64,000 nt of DNA. Origin: an uncultured Gemmatimonadaceae bacterium (GTDB taxonomy: Bacteria; Gemmatimonadota; Gemmatimonadetes; Gemmatimonadales; Gemmatimonadaceae). The notes beneath the pieces were generated by a model. It was given only the letters and a program-made list of their open reading frames with translations. It made no database searches and was not told the DNA's origin. Where the stretch lies: assembly GCA_963716745.1 (NCBI GenBank), contig OY970320.1:1824001-1888000 (forward strand). The letters are read 5' to 3'. Positions 37,381 to 47,100 of this stretch are shown in pieces (positions within the stretch are counted from its first letter, which is position 1; each line of letters starts with the position of its first letter). The position numbers were made by a program, and so were the translations under genes.

Positions 37381-39531
37381 TCATGGGGTGATGTTCAAAG
37401 GACTTGCGAGCCCGCCCGTGGTCACCTGCGCGGGGCGATCCTGCGGCGGTGCGTCCCCCCACGCGTCGTTCGCCGGATCCCAGTCCGGCACGCTCGGATC
37501 GGGCCACAGGCGTACACCGGTCACCGGGCTCGCGACGGGGATCGACGCGTCGTAGCGATCGCCGGCCGTCCAGATCTCCACCGGCAGCATCACCGTGCGC
37601 AGCGAACCGTCGGCGAGCTTGAGCCGCATCTCCACCGGGAACGGGATGCTCGTGTGCTTCGTGAGCCGCACCACCGCGCGCATGCCATCGCGCGTATTCA
37701 CCGTGAACGCGGTATCGACGCCAATGTCGAGCACGTCGTCGCTGTAGAAGAACGCGGTCCAGTACCACGAGAGGTCCTTGCCGCTCACGTTCTCCATCGT
37801 GCGGAAGAAATCGCCCGGCGTCGGATGTTTGAAGGCCCAGCGGCGCGCGTACTCGCGGAGTGCTTCGTCGAAGGCCGCGGGCCCCACCACGTGATTCCGG
37901 AGCGCCAACAGCACCGCGCCCGGTTTCCGATACGCCATCGCGCCGAGCGCTCCCGCATTGATCCGGTCCGCCGGCGTCATGAGCGGCGCCTGTGTACCGT
38001 CGGCCACCGCACGGCGCCAGTCGTCCATGTATTGCTCCCACTTCGTCGTGCCCGTGTCGTGCGCCTCTTGGGAGAACGCGTTGATGTAGGTATTGATCCC
38101 CTCATCCATCCATCCGTAGCGGCGCTCGTTGGATCCCACGAGCATCGGGAACCACTCGTGGCCCTGCTCGTGATCGATGGTGCCGAACACCGACGCGGTG
38201 TCGGATGCGAGCTTGCCGTAATGCACCATCACGAACATCGGATACTCCATTCCGCCCACCGGACCGGCGACGCTCGTCGCCTGTGGATATGGATACGGCT
38301 GCACCAGCTGCGAATAGAACCGGATGCTCCACCGCGTCCACTCGGCGGCGCGCTGCCATGACGCGCCCGCCTTGGCGAGCTCGTAGTAGGACTGGATGAG
38401 GATCCCGTTCCAGTTCGTCGCGTCCCAGCGGAAGTCGGGCGCGCCCGCCCACGCGACGTCGCGCACGTTCTGCGCGCGGAACCGCCACGTTCGCGTCCCG
38501 GCGCGCGGCGCCGCGGCGTCCTCGCCCGCGGCGATGATCGGAACGACGTTCGGCGAGCGCGCCGCATCGGCGAGCCGCGTGCGCTGCGCCGGCGTGAGCA
38601 CCTCGCGCGGATTCTGCAGCACGCCGCTCCCCGCGATCGTGTAGCCCGCCGGCGCGGTCACCGCGTAATCAATGTCGCCGTACTCGAGATAGAACTCTCC
38701 CTGGCCATAGTAGGGGTCGGTATTCCAGCCGCGCACGTCGTCGTACACCGCCATGCGCGGGTACCATTGTGCGATCTCGAACAGACGGCCGTCGCGCCCC
38801 ATCCGGTCGGAGCCATGGTTCGGGACGCGGAACGCATAATCCATCTCCAGTGTCAGCCGTCCGCCGCGCGGCGGCAGCGGCGACGCCAGCTTCACGCGCA
38901 TGCGCGTATCATCCACGCTGGGAAGCGCGGGCTTCCCGTTCACGGTCAGATTGCGGATGTCATACCCGCCGCGGAATCCGCGCGCGCCCCAGCGCGTCTC
39001 CTCGCCGCGCAGGGTGCTCCCCAGACTTCCCTCACGATAGAGGTTCTGGTCCAACTGGATCCAAATGAAGGTCAGGGTGTCGGGAGAATTGTTTGTGTAC
39101 GCGATCGCGACGTGGCCGGTGATATTCTGCTCGGCGGTGTCCAGGGTGACGGCAATGTTGTAGTCCGCGCGCTGCTGCCAGTAGTCGGGACCCGGCTGCC
39201 CGCTCGCGGAGCGGTACCGGTTGGGTCCTGGCCAATCCATGCGGTCGACGCGTGCGAAGGGATCCACCGGAGTGGCGATCGCTCCTTGTGCGGTCGTCAC
39301 CGGCGCACGCGGCGCGACGGTCGCTGCGGTCGGGCCCGTGGTGACGGTCGCGCTCTTCGGCGGGACCTGCGATCTCGGCGCGCTCGTCGCAGCCGGCGGC
39401 ACGGCCGTCGCGGTCACCGTCGGCAGGGAATCCACGCGGTGGGGCGCATTGCTCGGCGGAGGCGGTGGCACTTTCGCCAAGGGCGAGCACGCCGACAGGA
39501 GCGCGAGACTCGCGAAGAGCGATCGATTCAC
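37381..39531 (-). CDS. M1-family metallopeptidase, lipoprotein
   Basis: GGMEYPM, HEQGHEWF, WMDEG, AYRKPG; LSAC lipobox; start GTG 39531 or 39540. Confidence 0.9.
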   Translation of the reverse strand: MNRSLFASLALLSACSPLAKVPPPPPSNAPHRVDSLPTVTATAVPPAATSAPRSQVPPKSATVTTGPTAATVAPRAPVTTAQGAIATPVDPFARVDRMDWPGPNRYRSASGQPGPDYWQQRADYNIAVTLDTAEQNITGHVAIAYTNNSPDTLTFIWIQLDQNLYREGSLGSTLRGEETRWGARGFRGGYDIRNLTVNGKPALPSVDDTRMRVKLASPLPPRGGRLTLEMDYAFRVPNHGSDRMGRDGRLFEIAQWYPRMAVYDDVRGWNTDPYYGQGEFYLEYGDIDYAVTAPAGYTIAGSGVLQNPREVLTPAQRTRLADAARSPNVVPIIAAGEDAAAPRAGTRTWRFRAQNVRDVAWAGAPDFRWDATNWNGILIQSYYELAKAGASWQRAAEWTRWSIRFYSQLVQPYPYPQATSVAGPVGGMEYPMFVMVHYGKLASDTASVFGTIDHEQGHEWFPMLVGSNERRYGWMDEGINTYINAFSQEAHDTGTTKWEQYMDDWRRAVADGTQAPLMTPADRINAGALGAMAYRKPGAVLLALRNHVVGPAAFDEALREYARRWAFKHPTPGDFFRTMENVSGKDLSWYWTAFFYSDDVLDIGVDTAFTVNTRDGMRAVVRLTKHTSIPFPVEMRLKLADGSLRTVMLPVEIWTAGDRYDASIPVASPVTGVRLWPDPSVPDWDPANDAWGDAPPQDRPAQVTTGGLASPLNITP

Positions 39532-39599
39532 GGAGACCACCGCGTGTTGGGGAGTGAACTGCGACTGCCCAAGATAACGCGGGCGCCGGCCCGCGCGCG

Positions 39600-40829
39600 C
39601 TATTCGTGCCGGATCGCTTCGATCGGGCTCAGTCGTGCAGCGCGCACGGCGGGATACAATCCGAACACGATCCCGATCGCCACCGAGAGGCCCGCCGCGA
39701 TGAGGATCGTCGCCGGCGTGATGGCGGCATGCACCAGCGCCTTGGTCTTCGCACGCATGACCGCCGCGGCGAGGAACGCGATGCCCAACCCGAGCCCGAC
39801 GCCGACCGTGGCGCCCGCGCCGGTGATGACCACCGACTCCGAGAGGAACTGGATGAGCACGTCGCGATTGCGTGCGCCGGTCGCTTTCCGCACACCGATC
39901 TCGCGCGTGCGTTCCGCGACCGAGGCGAGCAGCACGTTCATGATCCCAATGCCGCCCACGAGCAATGACACGCCGGTGATCGCACCCATCAGCAGCTTGA
40001 ACACCAGGATCACCGACGCGACCTGCGCGACACGCGACTGGTTCGTGTTCACGCTCGCCCGCTCCTTCCACTTGGCGCCGTAGCGTTCCGCCATCCATCG
40101 CTCGGCGTCGCCACGGATGCGCTCGACGTCCTCGATCCGCGGCGCGACGAGCGCCAGGGTCGGCGCATGGCTGCCGGGGATCGCGCGTGCGGCCTCATCC
40201 ACCGGCACGTAGGCATCGAGTGCCGTCGCTTGCGGTCCGCCCGACACGACGCCGATCACGGTGAACGTGTTGCCGTTCAGGCGAAGTGCGCGCCCCACCG
40301 CGGATGATGGGGCCCCGCTGTCGCGCGTCACGGCGCCGGCGGCGCGCTCGTTGAGCACGACCACACCGGTGTCGCCATCCACGAACGTTCGCCCCGCGAC
40401 TGTCGTCATCTTCGCATCGTGGAAATGCGTGGCGAGCCCGCCGATCACGCGGAAGCCGCGCGGTGGCGTGGTCGGATAAAGCGTGACCATTGCCGCCCCC
40501 GAGGCGACAAGCGCCACCTTGTGCTCGCCCGCAATGGCGCCATCCAGCGCACGCGCATCCGCGCGCGTGAATTGCAGGATGTCCTCCCGGCGCACGAGCT
40601 GTCCGTCGATGTCCGCCTGCGTCGCCGGCACGATCGCCACGCCGAGCAAGTCCGTCGTCTCCTCGATCTGCGCCCGCGCGAACGCCTCGACGCCGTCGCC
40701 CATCGAGAGCACCGACACCATCGCGCCGACACCCATCACGACGCCCAGCCCCGAGAGCAGGGCGCGCAACGGATTGGCGCGCAGGGCGTCGAGCCCGACG
40801 TTGAGCGAACTGCGAGCGGAGATCGGCAT
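39600..40829 (-). CDS. MacB/FtsX-type ABC permease
   Basis: LRANPLR, SLLVGGIGIMNVLLASVAERTREIGVRKATGA, YPAVRAARLSPIEAIRHE. Confidence 0.92.
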   Translation of the reverse strand: MPISARSSLNVGLDALRANPLRALLSGLGVVMGVGAMVSVLSMGDGVEAFARAQIEETTDLLGVAIVPATQADIDGQLVRREDILQFTRADARALDGAIAGEHKVALVASGAAMVTLYPTTPPRGFRVIGGLATHFHDAKMTTVAGRTFVDGDTGVVVLNERAAGAVTRDSGAPSSAVGRALRLNGNTFTVIGVVSGGPQATALDAYVPVDEAARAIPGSHAPTLALVAPRIEDVERIRGDAERWMAERYGAKWKERASVNTNQSRVAQVASVILVFKLLMGAITGVSLLVGGIGIMNVLLASVAERTREIGVRKATGARNRDVLIQFLSESVVITGAGATVGVGLGLGIAFLAAAVMRAKTKALVHAAITPATILIAAGLSVAIGIVFGLYPAVRAARLSPIEAIRHE

Positions 40830-40892
40830 GGCTACGTGTACGCTCGGCGGGCGGCGCCTGTTTCGGTCCGGTCAGCGATCATGGATGTGACA

Positions 40893-40923
40893 GAGCGCGC
40901 CGGCTGAGGCAGCCGGCGCGCTC
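40893..40923 (-). terminator. Hairpin, probable terminator
   Basis: GAGCGCGCCGGCT-gaggc-AGCCGGCGCGCTC; no clear U tract. Confidence 0.55.
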
Positions 40924-40939
40924 GTTGTCCCGCCGCCGG

Positions 40940-41530
40940 TTACTTCGAGACCGAGACCGGCGTGACGATCAGATGCAGGTTGTGATTGATGCGCAGGCCG
41001 GAGACCCCGTCAGTCGGGTTCGTTCCCTTCGGTACCGTCGCCACCAATTTGCTGTTCACCTGGAAATGGATGGCGTCGGGAGCGACGTGAACGTACAAGT
41101 GGTACGTCGCCTTACCGCTCGCGTCTTCCGTCGGGACGTTCTCGCTCGCGGTCCACGGCACGACCGACGTCGCCTTCGTGCCGTGCATCACGCTCACCAT
41201 GTACTTCCCGTCGCCCCGCACGAGGAAGTAGGTGTACGTGCGCTGTGCGGGGTCATCCAGATTCGTGCCGCCGATGAAAACGCCGTACGCTTCCGGATAC
41301 TTCGGCTTGGTGACCTGCTCGATCGTGGCACTCGTCGCCGACCCGGTGGTTCCCATATCCTTGGCATTGAAGAGGATATGGGCCGGTCCGGTGGTCACGT
41401 CCCAGTTCGGTCCAGAGGCGGTATAGACCGCCTGCGCCATGTTCGCATCAGCCTTGTCTGGCACGGCGGTGTAGCCCGCCGGAATGTAGGTGGCGCCGAG
41501 CACTGCGACTGCGGTGAGAATGGATCGCAT
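40940..41530 (-). CDS. Secreted beta-rich hypothetical protein
   Basis: GAGG RBS, signal peptide, EAYGVFIGG..YTYFLVRGDGKY..GLRINHNL. Confidence 0.75.
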   Translation of the reverse strand: MRSILTAVAVLGATYIPAGYTAVPDKADANMAQAVYTASGPNWDVTTGPAHILFNAKDMGTTGSATSATIEQVTKPKYPEAYGVFIGGTNLDDPAQRTYTYFLVRGDGKYMVSVMHGTKATSVVPWTASENVPTEDASGKATYHLYVHVAPDAIHFQVNSKLVATVPKGTNPTDGVSGLRINHNLHLIVTPVSVSK

Positions 41531-41693
41531 GTCTGACCTCGGGGGGCTAGGGTTCAGGGCGAATATACCCCGGACATCGCGCTCTGCACCACTATGTGCG
41601 CTGGCGGCACATCGCCCGCCTGTGCATACTAAGCCGTGCGCTGCTCGCAGTCGCGATGGCGCGCGGGACCATCAATCCATCCGGAGCACTCTC

Positions 41694-42020
41694 ATGGCTG
41701 CGAAGAGGAAGAAGAAGGCGTCGCGCCCCAAGGCCGGCGGCAAGAAGAAGGGGCGCAAGCCCGCGAAGCGGAAGACGGCGAAGCGCAAGGCGGCGCCGAA
41801 GCGGAAGGTCGCGGCGAAGAAGAAGCCGGCATCCAGGCGCAAGAAGATCGTCGCCAAGCTCGCGCCGACGATGGATCGCATGAAGATGGGCGCCACCGAG
41901 ATGGGTCAGGGCGCGCTCGACGCGGGCCGCATGCTCTTCGGCGAGGCGCGTGATGCCGGCGAGGAAGCGCGCGAGAAAGCGAAGGAGATCACCACCGACT
42001 GGATCAATCGCGTGACGTGA
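41694..42020 (+). CDS. Lys/Arg-rich protein with helical C-terminus
   Basis: GGAG RBS; MAAKRKKKASR..KRKAAPKRK; C-terminal GEARDAGEEAREKAKEIT. Confidence 0.65.
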   Translation: MAAKRKKKASRPKAGGKKKGRKPAKRKTAKRKAAPKRKVAAKKKPASRRKKIVAKLAPTMDRMKMGATEMGQGALDAGRMLFGEARDAGEEAREKAKEITTDWINRVT

Positions 42021-42054
42021 TCGGAGACCCGCGCTCAAGTCGAGGAGCATCGCC

Positions 42055-42583
42055 ATGATGAGAATGGATCCTCATCGTACTGGGCGTTCTCGTCTTCGTC
42101 GCGGCGATCGGCTACACCGCGGGCGCGCGCTTGCCGCTGGCTCACTCGGCGTCGGTGCGCGCCCGCTTTGCGGTTCCCCCCGAATCGCTCTACGCCGCGA
42201 TCGTCAATGTCGACGCGTACCCGAAATGGCGCGCCGACGTGAAGAGTGTTACTCGGCTGCCGGATCACAACGGCCACACCGCGTGGAGCGAAACGACGAG
42301 CTCGGGCTCGCTCGCCTACGAGGCCACGCTCGCGGTCCCGCCGAATCGCGTCGTGAACACCATCACGACCAGGGACGCCGGATTCACCGGGCGCTGGATC
42401 TTCCAGATCCTGCCCGACAGCACCGGGAGCACGCTCACGATCACCGAAGAGGGCGCGATCGAGCAGCCGCTCTTCCGCTTCATGCAGCGCTACGTGTTCG
42501 GCATGACGGCATCAATGGAGACATTCCTGCACGCGCTCGGAGGCCGCTTCGGCGAGAGAGTCGCCGTCACGCCGCTGCACTAG
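42055..42583 (+). CDS. SRPBCC/START-family protein with N-terminal TM; frameshift near 42063
   Basis: GAGGAG RBS; removing one base gives MMRWILIVLGVLVFVAAIG..LPLAH..YPKWRADV..FTGRWIF. Confidence 0.75.
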
Positions 42584-43446
42584 CTGGCGTCCAGCCACTC
42601 TCCGGCGAGCGCCGCGACTCGCGCGCGTTGATAGTCCGCCGCAATGACGTGGCCGGTCCCATCGAGCCACTCGATCCTCTTCTCTTGGGCGCCGAGCATC
42701 GCGAACGCGTGTTCGGCCACAGCCGGCGCGATCCGGTTGTCCTCGCGCGCTTGCACGTACAGCGTCGGCGGCCGCACGGATGGGAGCGCGGCGCGTCCGC
42801 GATCGGCGCACCGAATGAGCTCCGCGGTGAGCCTCGGACTCGTTGCGCCGAAGGCCAGCGAATGGGCGCGCGCATCCGGATCATGGATGGAGCGGTCGTC
42901 CGAGGTGACGACGTAGGGCATCACCGCCTGGAGTACGGGCTCGAGCGGCATCATGCGTCGCACTGATCGCGGTACATCGAAGTACGGAACAAGAAGCACG
43001 AGCGCACGCACGTCGGAGGACTCTTTCGTGAGCAGCGTCGCGAGCACCCCACCAAGCGATTGCCCCACGATCGAGACGCTCGTGCACTTCGCGCGTAGCT
43101 CGTCGAGAGCCGCGCGTGCGCTGGTAAGCCATTGCTCCGCATCACTCTTCGCGAACTCGCGCAGGGTTCGTCCGTGGCCGGCGAGCAACGGCGCGTATAC
43201 AGCGTATCCGCGTGTCTTCAGCGATTGCGCCAGCATCGCCACGCTCTGTGGCGTGTCGCCGAAGCCGTGCAGGATGAGCACGCCCCGGCCGCCGCGGCCC
43301 AGGACGATCGGTTCCGCGCCTTGGATGATCCCATCGGGGCCGACCGGGAGGCGCCGCCGCGACCCGCGCTCGACCATCGACGGATACCCCGCTGCCAGTG
43401 CGCCGAACGCGCTCGCCGCCGCGAGGATCGTGGTGAGGTCACTCAA
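42580..43446 (-). CDS. Alpha/beta hydrolase (carboxylesterase-like)
   Basis: LHGFGDTP, LAGHG, GQSLGG, DNRI, GHVI; TTG start overlapping moeB stop. Confidence 0.88.
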   Translation of the reverse strand: MSDLTTILAAASAFGALAAGYPSMVERGSRRRLPVGPDGIIQGAEPIVLGRGGRGVLILHGFGDTPQSVAMLAQSLKTRGYAVYAPLLAGHGRTLREFAKSDAEQWLTSARAALDELRAKCTSVSIVGQSLGGVLATLLTKESSDVRALVLLVPYFDVPRSVRRMMPLEPVLQAVMPYVVTSDDRSIHDPDARAHSLAFGATSPRLTAELIRCADRGRAALPSVRPPTLYVQAREDNRIAPAVAEHAFAMLGAQEKRIEWLDGTGHVIAADYQRARVAALAGEWLDAS

Positions 43447-44621
43447 TAGCGCGGCACCGAAGGATCGATCTCGTCGCTCCACCGGCGGATGCCGCCGGCC
43501 AGATTGCGAACGCGCGCGAATCCGGCCGCACGCAACTGCTCCACCGCCTTCGCACTGCGTGCGCCGGACTTGCAGTACACGACGATGTCGGCCGTGCGAT
43601 CGAGCGATCCCATCGCCGCCTCGAGCGTGCCGAGCGGAATGAGCCGCGCGCCTTCGATGCGCGCGAGCTCCCATTCGCGCGGCTCGCGCACATCGATCAG
43701 CACGGGTCGGGTGCCTCCGGCGATCCGGTCCGCGAGCTCGCGCGGTGTGATCTCCATCGCGGCGTCCGGCGGCGCGATGCCGCAGAAGGCTTCGTAGTCG
43801 ATGAGCGTCTTCAGCGTGCGAGTGCCGCACGCCGGACAGGCCGGATCGCGTTCGAAACGCAGCATGCGGAATTGCATGCGCAGCGCATCCACGAGCAGCA
43901 GCCGGCCCACGAGCGGATCACCCGCACCGAGGATGAGCTTCAGCGTCTCAGTCGCCTGGATCACACCCACGAGACCTGGGAGCACCCCGAGAACGCCGCC
44001 CTCGTCGCAACCCGGCACGGAACCGGGGGGCGGCGGATCGGGAAAGAGACATCGATAGCACGGACCACCCGGTGCGCCGAACACGCTCGCCTGTCCATCG
44101 AAGCGGAACACGCTGCCGTGCACGTTCAGGCGGCCGGCGAGCACGCTCGCGTCATTGACGAGATAACGCGTGGGGAAATTGTCGCTCCCGTCCACGACGA
44201 GATCGTAGCGCGCCACGAGATCGAGCGCGTTCTCCGAAGTGAGCCGCACCGCATGCGCTTCGACGGTCACGTTCGGGTTCAGCGCTGCGATCGTCTCGCG
44301 GGCCGAGTCGATCTTCGAGCGGCCAATGTCCGCGGTGCCGTGCAGCACTTGGCGGTGGAGATTCGTCAGATCTACCGTATCGAACTCCACGAGCCCGAGC
44401 GTACCTACGCCGGCGGCGGCGAGATAGAGCGCGGCGGGTGAGCCCAGGCCGCCGGCGCCGATGAGCAACACGCGCGCCGCCTTGAGACGCCGCTGTCCGT
44501 CCGCGCCCACCTGCGGAAGCAACAGGTGGCGGCTGTATCGCAGCGTCTCCTCGGCCGTGAGTTCGGGCAGCGCGGCGAGGCGGCGTTCCATCGGGTTGGC
44601 GATCGATCCGGCCGGGCTCAT
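43443..44621 (-). CDS. moeB: MoeB/MoeZ-type sulfur-carrier adenylyltransferase with rhodanese domain
   Basis: RYSRH, GAGGLGSP, CYRC, CPAC, DVREPRE, CKSGARS. Confidence 0.92.
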   Translation of the reverse strand: MSPAGSIANPMERRLAALPELTAEETLRYSRHLLLPQVGADGQRRLKAARVLLIGAGGLGSPAALYLAAAGVGTLGLVEFDTVDLTNLHRQVLHGTADIGRSKIDSARETIAALNPNVTVEAHAVRLTSENALDLVARYDLVVDGSDNFPTRYLVNDASVLAGRLNVHGSVFRFDGQASVFGAPGGPCYRCLFPDPPPPGSVPGCDEGGVLGVLPGLVGVIQATETLKLILGAGDPLVGRLLLVDALRMQFRMLRFERDPACPACGTRTLKTLIDYEAFCGIAPPDAAMEITPRELADRIAGGTRPVLIDVREPREWELARIEGARLIPLGTLEAAMGSLDRTADIVVYCKSGARSAKAVEQLRAAGFARVRNLAGGIRRWSDEIDPSVPRY

Positions 44622-44646
44622 GCTGAATAATAGCGCGTGCGGGAAG

Positions 44647-45597
44647 TCACCCCGGCCATTGCCGCGCGGACTCCACCACCGATTGCACTTCGTAGCCGCG
44701 CACGCGCCGGCCGGTGTGGAAGGTCTCCGCCGCGATCCCCTTCTCCTGCCACGCGGTCGCCATCGCCGCCTCCACCGCCGCGGCGTCGTCGGTCCGCGCG
44801 ATCGCGACGAGCGCGGAGCCCGAGCCGCTCAACGTCGCGCCGAACGCGCCGGCGGCCGTCGCGGCGGCGTTCACCGCGTCGTACCCGCGCACGAGCGCGC
44901 GGCGGTGCGGCACGTGCAGCACATCGTCGAGCGCGATGGCGAGGAGCGCCGGCTCCGCGGTCGCGAGTCCGCGCACGAGCGCCGCGCTCCGCGCGGCCGC
45001 CTGCACCGCCGTCACGTGCGGCACGACGTTCGGGAGCGCGGCGCGTGCGCGTTTGGTCTCGACGGTGAAGTCCGGCACCGCGAAGATGAACACGAGCGAT
45101 GGATGCACCTCCAGCGGCGTCACTACGAATGGCTCGCCCGCGAGCGCGAGCACCGCACCGCCGTACACCGACGGCGCCACGTTGTCGGGGTGTCCGTCGA
45201 GCGTCGCGCAGATGCCGGCGAGTGAACGCGCATCCAATCGCAGTGCGAGCATCGCATTGGCGAGGGTGGCGCCCGCCACCAGCGCCGCCGCGGAAGAACC
45301 GATCCCGCGTTCCACCGGGATCTCGGAGGTCCCCTCGAACACGAGGCCGGATGGGACGGGCGTTCCCGCCGCGGTGCACGCGGCGCGGAAACCGGTGAAC
45401 ACGAGATCGCGCTCGGGGCGCACCGCCGACAGCACCTCGAGCGTGCCGTGCCGCACCATGCGCGGCGTGGAATTCCCCAATGCATCGCGGCGCACGGTCA
45501 CCGTCAGCCAGCGGTCGACCGCCATCCCGACGCAGTCGAACCCCGCACCCAGGTTCGACGTCGAGCCCGGGACTTTCACCACGACCGACTCGATCAC
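44647..45597 (-). CDS. thrB: Homoserine kinase
   Basis: VPGSTSNLGAGFD, IPVERGIGSSAAA, GHPDNVAP, LSGSGS. Confidence 0.9.
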   Translation of the reverse strand: MIESVVVKVPGSTSNLGAGFDCVGMAVDRWLTVTVRRDALGNSTPRMVRHGTLEVLSAVRPERDLVFTGFRAACTAAGTPVPSGLVFEGTSEIPVERGIGSSAAALVAGATLANAMLALRLDARSLAGICATLDGHPDNVAPSVYGGAVLALAGEPFVVTPLEVHPSLVFIFAVPDFTVETKRARAALPNVVPHVTAVQAAARSAALVRGLATAEPALLAIALDDVLHVPHRRALVRGYDAVNAAATAAGAFGATLSGSGSALVAIARTDDAAAVEAAMATAWQEKGIAAETFHTGRRVRGYEVQSVVESARQWPG

Positions 45598-45746
45598 AGC
45601 ACCCGCTCCGTTGGGGAACCGGCTGGCCGCCGGCCCATGACGATAGCGCCGGCGAGCGGCCGAAGGGAAGACGTCGCGACTGCCGCTGGCATCGCGACCC
45701 CGGATGTGCCAATTTTCGCTGTGCCCCTGCGGACCACCAACCACTA

Positions 45747-47054
45747 ATGCCGCGCGGCGCCCCTCAGTCGCAGACGGTACCGTCCGTCATCATCCTCGGC
45801 GCCGACGCCGTCTTCGCCGCTCTTCCCGCCACTCCGGTCCAGCTCGCGCACGCGTGTCAGCGTCTCGGGTATGCCTCGGCGTTCCCCGCGAGCTGGGGCG
45901 ACGAGCTCGTCGCCGGCGCATGTCTGAGCGAGCTCGCCGACCGCAACGCGGACCCGGCGATCCTCTGTTCGTGCCCGCTCGTGCGCGAGCGTTTGCTGCG
46001 GGCCGGCGACGATCTCGCCCCCTGGATGATCTCGCTCGTCGCGCCGCCCGTCGCGGTCGCGCGATATCTGCGGTCGGCGTACGGCGCGCGGATGCTGCAC
46101 ATCACGTATGCCGGCTCGTGCCCCGGCGCGGGCGATGCGTCGATCGATGAACGGATCTCCCCGGCGGACTTGTTGGCGCTGTGCCGCGAGCGCGGTGTGA
46201 GTCCCGCGGCGCAGCCGCAGTTCTTCGAGAGCATCCTGCCGCCCGATCGCCGCCGCTCGCTCTCGATGCCCGGTGGATCGCCGAGCGATGAGGCGCTGCG
46301 CGATCGCGCGGGCGGCCGCGTGCTCGCTGAACTCTCCGCTGACGATCCGATGGCGGAGCTCGCCGACCGCATGATGTCGCGCGCGCAGTTGCTCGTCGAT
46401 CTCGCGCCGCACGTCGGCTGCGCGTGCAGCGGCGTCGGTGCGGCGGTGGGCGGCCGTGACGAACGCCGTCAGTTGATCGTGCTCGAACCGCCGCGTTCGC
46501 GCGATCCGGTGGTCGATCTCACCGTTGATCTCGATCTGCTCGTGCCGGTGCCGCGGGAGTCGCCGCCCCCGGTGCCGCGCGCCGCGCGCGGCGTCGCGAG
46601 CGTGGAGATGCCGCCGCGGCTCCGTCGAGTCGCGAGCATTCCCACTCCGCCCTTCTTGGCGGCGCTGCCGGATCTCGGCCACGCGATCATCCGCGAGTAT
46701 CCGCACGGCGACACGCCGCGCCGCACCGTGATCGTATTGCGCCGCCGCGGTGCGAGCGAGACGCCGGCCGCTTCGTTGGCGGGAGTCAGCATGCCGCGCG
46801 CCTATCTCGGGAAGCGCCCGAAGCCGCAACCTGTGCGACGCCCAGTGCGCGTGCTTCCGGGCGACGGTCGCAATTCGCAGTCCGATCGCGAGCGTCCGAT
46901 GGATCGCTCGGACGATCTCGCCGATGGCCCGAGGCTTCGCACGTCGCCGGGAGAAGGGATCTTCTCGATCGTCGCGGATCCTCGCGATCCGCTCCCGCCT
47001 GCGCCATCCAAGCGCCGGCCGGGCGGCCCGATCGACAGCGGCGCCAGCATCTAG
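45747..47054 (+). CDS. Degenerate [FeFe]-hydrogenase large-subunit-like / Nar1-like Cys protein with Pro/Arg-rich tail
   Basis: QLAHACQRLGY..SWGDELV..ILCSCP..VAPPVAVARYLR..YAGSCP..GCAC; recognised by eye. Confidence 0.5.
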   Translation: MPRGAPQSQTVPSVIILGADAVFAALPATPVQLAHACQRLGYASAFPASWGDELVAGACLSELADRNADPAILCSCPLVRERLLRAGDDLAPWMISLVAPPVAVARYLRSAYGARMLHITYAGSCPGAGDASIDERISPADLLALCRERGVSPAAQPQFFESILPPDRRRSLSMPGGSPSDEALRDRAGGRVLAELSADDPMAELADRMMSRAQLLVDLAPHVGCACSGVGAAVGGRDERRQLIVLEPPRSRDPVVDLTVDLDLLVPVPRESPPPVPRAARGVASVEMPPRLRRVASIPTPPFLAALPDLGHAIIREYPHGDTPRRTVIVLRRRGASETPAASLAGVSMPRAYLGKRPKPQPVRRPVRVLPGDGRNSQSDRERPMDRSDDLADGPRLRTSPGEGIFSIVADPRDPLPPAPSKRRPGGPIDSGASI

Positions 47055-47065
47055 CGACGCGCGCG

Positions 47066-47097
47066 CCGGGTGGAGCGCCGAAGCGCTCCACCCGGTT
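47066..47097. terminator. Hairpin between convergent genes
   Basis: CCGGGTGGAGCGC-cgaa-GCGCTCCACCCGG. Confidence 0.7.
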
Positions 47098-47100
47098 CTC

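Noticed and set aside
37381..40098. 905-aa M1 peptidase
   Set aside because: N-terminal extension is an alternate frame of the ABC permease; the lipoprotein signal starts near 39531
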